A stretch of 64,000 nt of DNA. It comes from Oscillospiraceae bacterium. Lineage in GTDB: Bacteria > Bacillota > Clostridia > Oscillospirales > Oscillospiraceae. The notes under the pieces are model-generated. The model was not told the DNA's origin and ran no database searches. It was given only the letters and a program-made list of their open reading frames with translations. Location of the stretch: contig JAJQBY010000119.1 of NCBI GenBank assembly GCA_021203045.1, forward strand, positions 1,927-65,926, written 5' to 3'. Of the stretch, positions 1 to 8,247 are shown piece after piece (positions within the stretch are counted from its first letter, which is position 1; every line of letters begins with the position of its first letter). The position numbers were made by a program, and so were the translations under genes.

Positions 1-99
1 GCCGGCGACTATGTCAGCTTCCCTGCGGAGATGCTTTATAACGGCATGCTGAACTCCGGTTCTGCCATGACCTTTGAGGAGTTTGCCGCGCAGTATTGA
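1..99 (+). CDS. 3' end (32 codons plus stop) of a gene cut by the window edge; paralog of the secreted protein at 54750..56786
   Basis: Frame 1 reads AGDYVSFPAEMLYNGMLNSGSAMTFEEFAAQY*. This closely matches the C-terminus ...VGDYVSFPAEMLYGGMLESGVAMTYEEFVAAGGVY of the 678-aa ORF. A strong terminator follows. Confidence 0.6.
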   Translation, partial: AGDYVSFPAEMLYNGMLNSGSAMTFEEFAAQY

Positions 100-136
100 T
101 GCGGTACAAGCGCTGCATACAGAAACTTAAATACCA

Positions 137-170
137 GGAGGAGCATTCGCTGGAATGCTCCTCCATTTTT
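137..170 (+). terminator. Rho-independent terminator
   Basis: 12-bp perfect stem ggaggagcattc / gaatgctcctcc with loop gctg, followed by attttt. Confidence 0.8.
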
Positions 171-401
171 GCTGTACATCGGCAGAGTGACCGCTTACCA
201 GCGTAAAAGCGAAAGCAAGGGAAAATCCGGGAATATCCCGGAATTTTTTGACTGAAAAAAGTTTTTTCCAGGCTTACGCTTGATGTACTGTTGACAAAAG
301 ATGTATACAATACGATCAACAAGGAATACCCATTAAAATGTCACGATGAGAGGAGAGAGCACAGGGAACTACCGGGTTTTCTGGTGCGAGAGGAGCGCTT
401 C

Positions 402-1265
402 ATGAACATTCTCTATTGTGGGGACAAAAATATACAGGAGGGTCTGCTGCTGTCCGTCCTATCCCTGTGCAGGACGGTGCAGGAGGCGCTGCATGTTTAC
501 GTCCTGACCATGTACTGTCAGCAGGGAGAAAAGACTTACCTTCCAGTGACAGATCAGGCGATCGCCTTTCTGGATATGCAGGTCAAAAAGCATGACTGTG
601 ACAGCTTTGTGAAAAAGCTGGATGTGACGGACCTTTTTATCGCCGATACGCCGGAGGCAAATCTTGCTACCCGTTTTACTGCTGGCTGCATGCTCCGACT
701 GTATGCGGATCTGGTGCCGGAGCTGCCGGACAGAGTGCTTTATCTGGACTATGATGTCATATGCCGCCGGGACTGCACAGACTTTTATGCCCAGGATCTG
801 TCCTACCCTGAAAAAAAACGTGGAGCGGGGCAGGAGGGACTTGAATATGAGCTGGCCGGAGTGCTGGACTATTACGGACGTTTCTTCTTCCGCAATCGCC
901 CACTGCACATGGACTATCTAAATTCCGGCGTACTGCTGCTGAACCTGAAGGAAATACGAAAGACTGGCCTTTTTGAAAAGTGCCGCACCCGCTGCCGGGA
1001 GAAGGAGATGTTCATGCCCGACCAGTCGGCGATCAATAAGCTGTGCATGCGGAAAAAGATATGCCCTCGCCGATTCAATGAGCAGCGTATTCTGAAGGAC
1101 GACACCGTGCTTCAGCATTTCACTACCAGCTTCCGGTTTTTCCCCTGGTTCCACGTCCTCTGTGTCAAGCCATGGCAGGTGGACCAGATGCACGAAAAGC
1201 TGAAACTTCATGAATATGACAGCCTGTTAGATGAATTCCTACAGCTGAAGCCACAACTATATTAA
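402..1265 (+). CDS. Glycosyltransferase family 8 (LPS/lipooligosaccharide glycosyltransferase-like)
   Basis: MNILYCGDKN... N-terminus typical of GT8, DxD motif in YLDYDVI, NSGVLLLNL motif. Start moved to the internal ATG at 402; the 291 start adds a non-homologous extension. Confidence 0.75.
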   Translation: MNILYCGDKNIQEGLLLSVLSLCRTVQEALHVYVLTMYCQQGEKTYLPVTDQAIAFLDMQVKKHDCDSFVKKLDVTDLFIADTPEANLATRFTAGCMLRLYADLVPELPDRVLYLDYDVICRRDCTDFYAQDLSYPEKKRGAGQEGLEYELAGVLDYYGRFFFRNRPLHMDYLNSGVLLLNLKEIRKTGLFEKCRTRCREKEMFMPDQSAINKLCMRKKICPRRFNEQRILKDDTVLQHFTTSFRFFPWFHVLCVKPWQVDQMHEKLKLHEYDSLLDEFLQLKPQLY

Positions 1266-1281
1266 GGAGAAGAAAAACAGC

Positions 1282-2244
1282 ATGACTCAGGAGAAACCTA
1301 TTATTCCCATTTTTTTCACCATCGATAACGGCTATGCCCCTTGTCTGGGGGTAGCATTGGCGTCCATGAAGGCCAATGCTTCCCGTGATTATCAATATCG
1401 GATTCATATCCTTCACCAGGAGCTGACAGCGGAAAATATCGCAAAGCTGTCCTCCATCGGCGAGGACTGGTTCCAGGTGCATTTCGAGGAAATGAAGGAG
1501 GGGCTGGAGAGCATCACCGACCGCAAGGAAAACCGTCTTCGGTGCGACTACTTCACCATGACCATCTACTTCCGACTGTTCATACCGGAGATGTTCCCCG
1601 AATATGATAAGGGTATCTACATAGACAGCGACATCGTCGTGCCGGGAGATATCTCCCGCCTGTACAACATCCAGTTGGGGGACAATCTTTTGGGCGCCTG
1701 CCCAGATCATTCGGTGTCGGAGATCCCGGAGTTTGCTCATTATATAGAGGAGTCCACGGGTGTGAACCGTTATAAATACATAAATTCCGGAATATTGCTG
1801 ATGAATCTGGCTGAAATGCGAAAATGCCGTATGACGGAGCATTTTCTCCATCTTCTGAATACCTATCATTTTGACAGCATCGCACCGGACCAGGACTATA
1901 TAAATGCTATGTGTTATGGACGCATTCATTTTCTGGATGAAGAATGGGATGCCATGCCCAACAAACAGAAGGAGCCTATGGCTCATCCCAGCCTGATACA
2001 CTATAACCTGTTCGATAAGCCCTGGTGCTACGACGACGTGCAGTACGAGGACTATTTCTGGCAGTATGCCAGAGAGAACGTCTATTATCAGGAGCTTCTG
2101 GAGATCAAACGGAATTATTCCGATGAACAGAAGAAATCCGACATGGAATGTCTGGAAAATATGCTGACAAACGCCATGCGGATACCCAATAATCCGGTGA
2201 CCTTTAAAAAGATACACGAAAGTGAAGGAACGATACGTTTATGA
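1282..2244 (+). CDS. Glycosyltransferase family 8
   Basis: IPIFFTIDNGYAPCLGVALASM, DxD in YIDSDIVV, NSGILLMNL, HYNLFDKPW; a paralog of the preceding gene. Confidence 0.8.
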   Translation: MTQEKPIIPIFFTIDNGYAPCLGVALASMKANASRDYQYRIHILHQELTAENIAKLSSIGEDWFQVHFEEMKEGLESITDRKENRLRCDYFTMTIYFRLFIPEMFPEYDKGIYIDSDIVVPGDISRLYNIQLGDNLLGACPDHSVSEIPEFAHYIEESTGVNRYKYINSGILLMNLAEMRKCRMTEHFLHLLNTYHFDSIAPDQDYINAMCYGRIHFLDEEWDAMPNKQKEPMAHPSLIHYNLFDKPWCYDDVQYEDYFWQYARENVYYQELLEIKRNYSDEQKKSDMECLENMLTNAMRIPNNPVTFKKIHESEGTIRL

Positions 2245-3113
2245 TCTTCGGAGGAGAGAAAGATCAAGTCATTGATAATATCCGCGCCGCTGCAGGCCGG
2301 GGAGAATTTCACGTCAAGGTCGAGGTAGGCGACCCCGAGCTGACAGAGGAACAGAAGTCCTCGCTCGTGCGGGAATTCTGGGAAAAACAGCAGCGGCCAC
2401 GGTACTGCTTTTGCAACCGTATAGCGCGGCTCATAGAGAATACTGCGGCAAAGCTGGTGAATGGTTCAACTCAGATAGAGGGATTGGAAAATCTGAAGGG
2501 CATTACCGGCGGCGCGGTCATAACCAGCAATCACTTTAATCCAGTGGACAATACCGCCATATTCACCATGGTGAAAAAGACCGGGCGGAAAAGGCTTTTC
2601 ATCGTAAGCCAGGAGAGCAATCTGGCCATGACAGGGCTTTTCGGCTTTCTAATGAATTATGCAGATACTGTCCCCATGACGGCCGATCCGGACTATCTGG
2701 CAAATACCTTCATGAAAAATATATCTGATCTTCTGGATAGCGGAAACTGGGTGATGATATATCCGGAGCAGGAGATGTGGTTCAATTACCGCAAGCCCCG
2801 CCCACCCAAACGGGGAGCCTATTACTATGCTGCCAAATGCGGTGTGCCGGTTTTGTCATGCTTTGTGGAGATCGTTGACCTGCCGGAGAAGGAAAAAAAT
2901 CGGGACGACTTTTATCAGGTTCGGTATATTGTTCATGTGCTGCCGCCGGTTTACCCTCAGGAGGGCCAAAACGTACGGCAGAACAGCATTGCCATGATGG
3001 AAAAAGATTATGAGCAGAAACGCGCCGCCTATGAGAAGGCCTACGGCAAGCCGTTGACCTACGATTTTGAAGACGGCGATATCGCCGGATGGATTCCTCC
3101 GGCGGCCAGGTAG
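2241..3113 (+). CDS. Lysophospholipid (1-acyl-sn-glycerol-3-phosphate, PlsC-like) acyltransferase family protein
   Basis: HxxxxD acyltransferase motif in ITSNHFNPVDN, downstream IYPEQE block. ATGA start/stop overlap with the upstream GT8 gene. Confidence 0.7.
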   Translation: MIFGGEKDQVIDNIRAAAGRGEFHVKVEVGDPELTEEQKSSLVREFWEKQQRPRYCFCNRIARLIENTAAKLVNGSTQIEGLENLKGITGGAVITSNHFNPVDNTAIFTMVKKTGRKRLFIVSQESNLAMTGLFGFLMNYADTVPMTADPDYLANTFMKNISDLLDSGNWVMIYPEQEMWFNYRKPRPPKRGAYYYAAKCGVPVLSCFVEIVDLPEKEKNRDDFYQVRYIVHVLPPVYPQEGQNVRQNSIAMMEKDYEQKRAAYEKAYGKPLTYDFEDGDIAGWIPPAAR

Positions 3114-3131
3114 AAAGAGGGAATTTCAGAT

Positions 3132-6100
3132 ATGCAGCCGGATAACGAGGAATTAAGGCTGGGGATAGATGTTGGTTCTACTACGGTAAAGCTGGCTGTG
3201 ACGGAAAGCGGCAGTGGGAAAATGCTGTATTCCTGCTATTACCGCCATAACGCCCGTCAGGCAGAGACGGTAGAGCAGCTGCTGGGTCTGTTGGAGGAGC
3301 AATTCCCCGGCAGACGCTTTCGGACGGCGGTGTGCGGCTCCGGCGGCAAGCCGGTGGCAGAGCGGCTGGGCGTCCATTATATTCAGGAGGTAGTAGCGAA
3401 CGCCGCTGCCGTCAGTACCTGGTATCCCCAGGCCCGTACGGCGATTGAACTGGGCGGCCAGGATGCCAAGATCATTTTTTTCCACTTTGATGAAAAGACA
3501 GAAAAGCTGGTCGCCTCCGATATGCGCATGAACGGAAGCTGCGCCGGCGGTACCGGAGCCTTCATCGATGAAATAGCAAAGCTGCTGAATATCGAGACCA
3601 CGGAATTTGAGTCTCTGGCAGCTAAGGGGACAACAGTTTTTGATATATCCGGCCGATGCGGTGTCTTTGCCAAGACGGATATCCAGCCTCTGCTGATACA
3701 GGGCGCCTCACACGAGGACGTGGCGCTTTCAGTCTTTCACGCCATCGCCAGGCAGACCATCGGCGGTCTGGCTCAGGGGCTTGAGATCGCTCCGCCGGTG
3801 GTGTTCGAGGGGGGACCGCTCACCTTTAATCCCACTCTGATACGGGTCTTTGGAGAGCGGCTTCAGCTCACGCCGGAGCAGATCATTATCCCGGAGCACC
3901 CGGAGACCATCGTGGCCTTCGGCACTGCGATTGCCATCGACCGCATATTCGCTCCCACAGATGACGAGTGTGCTATGCTGACCGCCGGTGAGCTGCGCGA
4001 GAGACTGCAAAATACCGCAGCCTCGGCCTCTGCTGTCAGCCATACAGCGGAGCCGTTTTTCAGGTCGACTCAGGAACGGGACGATTTTATGGCCCGTCAC
4101 GACCGGGAGCTTATGCCTGTTCAGGAACCGACCGGACAGGGGCCGCTGCAGGTGTATCTTGGCATCGATTCCGGCAGTACTACCTCCAAACTGGTGCTTT
4201 TGGACGAGGATGAGCGGGTCATCGACCGCTATTACGCAAACAACAACGGCGAGCCGCTGCGCGTGATAAAGGAGGGCCTGCTGGCCCTGGCGGACAAATA
4301 TGAGCGCATGGGCCGGCCTTTGGAGATTCTGGGTCTTGGCACCACCGGCTATGGCGAAAAGCTCTTTGCCCGGGCCCTGGGTGCGGATTATCATGTGGTG
4401 GAAACTGTGGCCCACGCCAAGGGCTGTTTGCAGTATTTCCCGAATGCCTCGTTCCTGCTGGACATCGGCGGTCAGGACATGAAGGCCATTTGGCTGAACG
4501 ACGGCATTATCACAAACATCATGCTGAATGAGGCCTGCTCCTCCGGATGCGGCTCATTCCTGGAAAATTTTGCCTCCAACCTGGGCATGCCGGTAGAGGA
4601 GATCGCTGCCGCCGCCTTCCGCTCGGAAAACCCCGCCTCCCTGGGCAGTCGATGCACAGTGTTCATGAACAGCACTATTATTAACGAACAGCGGGACGGC
4701 AAACTTCCGGACGACATCATGGCTGGACTGTGCCGTTCTATTATCGAAAATGTTTTCACAAAGGTAGTCCGCATCGCCAACAAGGATGAGTTGGGAGATC
4801 ATGTAGTCGTCCAGGGCGGCACATTCCGCAACCGGGCGGTTCTGCGGGCATTGGAAGAATATCTGGGCCGGGAGGTATCCCTGGCGCCGTATCCCGGAGA
4901 GATGGGCGCACTGGGCGCGGCTCTGCTCGTGAAGCAGCAGATAGAGCATGAGGGCTATGCCAACGGGGAGTCCACCTCCTTTATCGGACTGAACGGCCTG
5001 CGGGACTTTGACTATATTACCCGCAATGGAGACCGCTGTCCCGGCTGTGCCAACCATTGCAGCCGCACGGTCATGCTGTTTTCCACCGGCGGGGCCTGGG
5101 TCACGGGCAACCGCTGCGAGCGGGGCGCCACCGTAGACGATGAATACCCCGGCGAGAAGAAGGCAGGGGAGAGCCAGCCCAAGCCTCAGACAGAGAAGAC
5201 GGTGGAACCCGCTCCTGATTTGTTTCTAAAACGGGAAAAACTGCTGTTTGAGCTGTATCCCAGTGAACCGGTCCGGGAGGCGCAGGGCCAGACCATCGGC
5301 CTGCCCCGCGTGCTGGAATTTTGGGACAGTATGCCCTTCTGGAGCACCTTTTTCCGTGCTCTTGGATATAGTACAAAATTCTCTCATCCCAGCGGCCGTA
5401 AGCTCTATGAGCAGGGCATCACCTATGTTGCCTCGGATACCATCTGCTTCCCGGCAAAGCTTGCCCATGGCCATGTAATGGACCTGGCAGAGCAGGGGGT
5501 AGATCGCATTTTCATGCCCTATGTGATGCACATGCCGCCGGAGGGAAAGGATAAGCTTAGTCCCTACGTCTGCTCAGTAGTCATGGGTTACCCCATGGTG
5601 GTGCGTAATTCCCAGACTCCGGAGGAGCGATATCATATTCCCTTTGATACGCCCGTGTTCCACTGGTTTACGGAAAAGGACAGAGAAAAGCAGATATGCC
5701 ATTACGCCGTTGAGACCTTGGGCGCCACCGAAAAGCAGGCCGAAGCTGCCTTTGCCCAGGGGAAAAAGGCTCTGGCATCCTTCCGGCAGACCCTGCGGGA
5801 TGAGGCGTCGCAGATATTGGACAAAGTCCGTCAGGAAAACGGCTTTGCGGTCGTCCTGGCAGGAAGGCCGTATCATTCAGATTCCTTCGTCTGTCATGGT
5901 CTTTCCAAGCTGTTTGCAAATCAGGGTATCCCCGTTCTGCCGGTGGACAGCTTGCCGGGCCTTGAGAAGGTGGATCTGCATAACACCCGCATAGAAATTA
6001 CGAACGACTTCCATACCCGTATGCTGGCCGGAGCCATGATCGCCGCCCGGGAGGAAAGCCTGGAATATGTCCAGCTCGTCAGCTTCGGCTGCGGTCATGA

Positions 6101-7634
6101 TGCGGTGCTGTCGGATGAGATCATCCGTATTCTTACAGAGAGCGGACAGAAGTCTCCCCTTGTTCTGAAGCTGGATGAGAGTGACGCCGCAGGCTCTCTG
6201 GCGATCCGGGTACAGTCTTTTATTGAGACCGTCCATATTCGCCGTAAGCTGGCGGCGGAGCGGCGTTCCGCCGAAAACGTGCTTGAACACGCAGCCTCCG
6301 AGCCGCTGACATCCAGCGGGAGCACGGGAGGCATCCGGCTCCGTCGTCGCCGGAGTCAGACCACAGACCCGGCGCTCCAGGTCTATCATAGCCAATATTT
6401 CCGGGAGTTGCCCCCACCCAGTCCGGCAAAATTTCTGCCGGGGGACCGGAAAAAGCGAACGCTTCTCCTGCCAAATATCACCGGAGAGGCGGCAGTGCTG
6501 CTGTGCGCTCTGCTGGAAAAGGAAAACTTCATTGTGAAGTCGGTCCCTATCGGCGGCATAGAGCAGATACGACTGGGGAAAAAATACGTGCATAACGACA
6601 TCTGCTTCCCGGCTCAAATGGTCATCGGCGAGCTGATCGGCGAGCTGAAGCGCGGGAATTATAATCAGGACGAGGTAGCTGTCGGTATGGTAAAGTTCCA
6701 ATGCGACTGCCGCATGTCCCACTATGCGGGCCTCTTGCGAAAGGGATTGGACGCTGCCGGGTTTGATGGTGTGCCGGTGCTGACCACAGATGTGAACGAC
6801 ACAAAGGATATGCACCCCGGTGTGGCCCTGCTCGGCCTGAGCGCCGTGCTGGGGGCTGTGTGGGGCTTTATGATGCTGGATATCATGACCGAGATTGTCC
6901 GTAAGATCCGGCCCTACGAAATCAATCCCGGCGAGACGAACCGTGTTTATCATCAGTGTGTGGAAAACATATCCCAGGCGCTGAAGGAGGGCATGTCACC
7001 GGCGCGGCGGGTGTTCGAGCAGTGCATAGATAGTCTGGCAGCCATCCCCTATGACCGGTCCAGTCTGAAGCCCCGTGTGTTCGTTACCGGTGAGCTGCTT
7101 GTGACCTATCACCCCGGCTCAAACTTTCACATTGAGGAATATATCGAGCAAAACGGCATGGAGACTGTGTTTCCCCGCATCACCGACCAGCTCCGCAAGG
7201 ATTTCCAGGCCACGGGCGCAGAGATAAAGGATTGCCATGCCAATATCCCGCCCTATCCCTTCCTGGTCAGCGGCCTGTTCGACTATGTGCAGCGTTCCCT
7301 GGAAAAGGTGGCGGCCCGTCATCCTTTGTTTGAAAAAGGGCATTCGCCTAAGGAAATGTATGACGGCGTCAGCGATATCATCCCGGAGCCCCTGAGCTGC
7401 GGCGAGGGCTGGCTGATGGCGGCCGAGATTGCCCGATACGCCAAAGAGGGCGTCAGGAGCTTTATCATCCTTCAGCCCTTTGGCTGCCTGCCTAACCACA
7501 TCTGCGGCCGCGGCACTATCAAGAAGCTGAAGACCCGCTATCCGGACATTCAGATACTCCCCTTAGACCTCGATCCGGACACCAGCTTTGCCAACGTGGA
7601 AAACCGGCTGCAAATGCTGATTATGAATCATTGA
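3132..7634 (+). CDS. Giant BadF/BadG/BcrA/BcrD-type ATPase fusion: two ASKHA 'CoA-substrate-specific enzyme activase' modules plus DUF2229-like C-terminal domains
   Basis: Two ASKHA phosphate-1 motifs (LGIDVGSTTVKLAV; YLGIDSGSTTSKLVLLD). Two cluster-helix Cys motifs (NGSCAGGTGAFIDE; NEACSSGCGSFLEN). Then GLPRVLEFWDSMPFW, typical of the activase-associated domain. A single uninterrupted 1500-codon ORF. Confidence 0.8.
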   Translation: MQPDNEELRLGIDVGSTTVKLAVTESGSGKMLYSCYYRHNARQAETVEQLLGLLEEQFPGRRFRTAVCGSGGKPVAERLGVHYIQEVVANAAAVSTWYPQARTAIELGGQDAKIIFFHFDEKTEKLVASDMRMNGSCAGGTGAFIDEIAKLLNIETTEFESLAAKGTTVFDISGRCGVFAKTDIQPLLIQGASHEDVALSVFHAIARQTIGGLAQGLEIAPPVVFEGGPLTFNPTLIRVFGERLQLTPEQIIIPEHPETIVAFGTAIAIDRIFAPTDDECAMLTAGELRERLQNTAASASAVSHTAEPFFRSTQERDDFMARHDRELMPVQEPTGQGPLQVYLGIDSGSTTSKLVLLDEDERVIDRYYANNNGEPLRVIKEGLLALADKYERMGRPLEILGLGTTGYGEKLFARALGADYHVVETVAHAKGCLQYFPNASFLLDIGGQDMKAIWLNDGIITNIMLNEACSSGCGSFLENFASNLGMPVEEIAAAAFRSENPASLGSRCTVFMNSTIINEQRDGKLPDDIMAGLCRSIIENVFTKVVRIANKDELGDHVVVQGGTFRNRAVLRALEEYLGREVSLAPYPGEMGALGAALLVKQQIEHEGYANGESTSFIGLNGLRDFDYITRNGDRCPGCANHCSRTVMLFSTGGAWVTGNRCERGATVDDEYPGEKKAGESQPKPQTEKTVEPAPDLFLKREKLLFELYPSEPVREAQGQTIGLPRVLEFWDSMPFWSTFFRALGYSTKFSHPSGRKLYEQGITYVASDTICFPAKLAHGHVMDLAEQGVDRIFMPYVMHMPPEGKDKLSPYVCSVVMGYPMVVRNSQTPEERYHIPFDTPVFHWFTEKDREKQICHYAVETLGATEKQAEAAFAQGKKALASFRQTLRDEASQILDKVRQENGFAVVLAGRPYHSDSFVCHGLSKLFANQGIPVLPVDSLPGLEKVDLHNTRIEITNDFHTRMLAGAMIAAREESLEYVQLVSFGCGHDAVLSDEIIRILTESGQKSPLVLKLDESDAAGSLAIRVQSFIETVHIRRKLAAERRSAENVLEHAASEPLTSSGSTGGIRLRRRRSQTTDPALQVYHSQYFRELPPPSPAKFLPGDRKKRTLLLPNITGEAAVLLCALLEKENFIVKSVPIGGIEQIRLGKKYVHNDICFPAQMVIGELIGELKRGNYNQDEVAVGMVKFQCDCRMSHYAGLLRKGLDAAGFDGVPVLTTDVNDTKDMHPGVALLGLSAVLGAVWGFMMLDIMTEIVRKIRPYEINPGETNRVYHQCVENISQALKEGMSPARRVFEQCIDSLAAIPYDRSSLKPRVFVTGELLVTYHPGSNFHIEEYIEQNGMETVFPRITDQLRKDFQATGAEIKDCHANIPPYPFLVSGLFDYVQRSLEKVAARHPLFEKGHSPKEMYDGVSDIIPEPLSCGEGWLMAAEIARYAKEGVRSFIILQPFGCLPNHICGRGTIKKLKTRYPDIQILPLDLDPDTSFANVENRLQMLIMNH

Positions 7635-7653
7635 AAAAGCATATTAACAACAA

Positions 7654-7681
7654 AAGGCAGGATGAAAATCTTGCCTTTTTT
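7654..7681 (+). terminator. Rho-independent terminator after the activase gene
   Basis: aaggcagga / tcttgcctt stem (one G-U pair), 6-nt loop, then a T-run. Confidence 0.7.
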
Positions 7682-7737
7682 GCTTGTCGTCATTATACTA
7701 TAATCATAGTCGGTATATGAGACAGGAGGGAAAACCC

Positions 7738-8244
7738 ATGACAATTTCGGAAATCATGCGAAGGATGATATCCTTTTCACAGGGGAATATCCATGATATA
7801 GACCATCTTATCCGGGTATGGGCCTATGCCAGGACTATAGGGGAGCTGGAAGGACTTGATGAACACACTCAGTTCATTACAGAGGCCGCCGCCATTACCC
7901 ATGATATCGCATGCCCCCTGTGCCGGGTGAAATACGGCAACACCAACGGCAAATACCAGGAGAGAGAAGGCGCTGTCCTGGCAGCGGATTTTTTACAGGA
8001 TACGGGTATGGCGCAGGAGGACATAGACCGCGTAGCCTATCTGGTAGGACATCACCACACCCCTGCCGGGATAGACGGGCCTGACTACCAGATTCTGATA
8101 GAGGCTGACTATATCGCCAACGCGGAGGAGAACAGTTACCCTGCTCAGAATATAGAGCAGTTTCTCGGATGCATATGCAAAACGGCCTCCGGTGAGGCGA
8201 TGATACGGGAGATATTTTCTGAAACGCTGCAAAAGAAGGAGTAG
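7738..8244 (+). CDS. HD-domain metal-dependent phosphohydrolase (small, stand-alone)
   Basis: H...HD...HD pattern (IHDIDHLIRV ... ITHDIACP ... VGHHHT). AGGAGGG RBS before the ATG at 7738. Confidence 0.75.
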   Translation: MTISEIMRRMISFSQGNIHDIDHLIRVWAYARTIGELEGLDEHTQFITEAAAITHDIACPLCRVKYGNTNGKYQEREGAVLAADFLQDTGMAQEDIDRVAYLVGHHHTPAGIDGPDYQILIEADYIANAEENSYPAQNIEQFLGCICKTASGEAMIREIFSETLQKKE

Positions 8245-8247
8245 CCC

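Noticed and set aside
291-401. N-terminal extensions offered by the ORF track (for example 291 for GT8, 7684 for HD, 20807 for ribF, 22263 for ruvA, 26939 for spoIVA, 28592 for the aminotransferase, 45916 for fba, 59106 for the primase)
   Set aside because: Internal starts with good Shine-Dalgarno sequences reproduce the conserved family N-termini. The extensions overlap upstream genes or add non-homologous residues.
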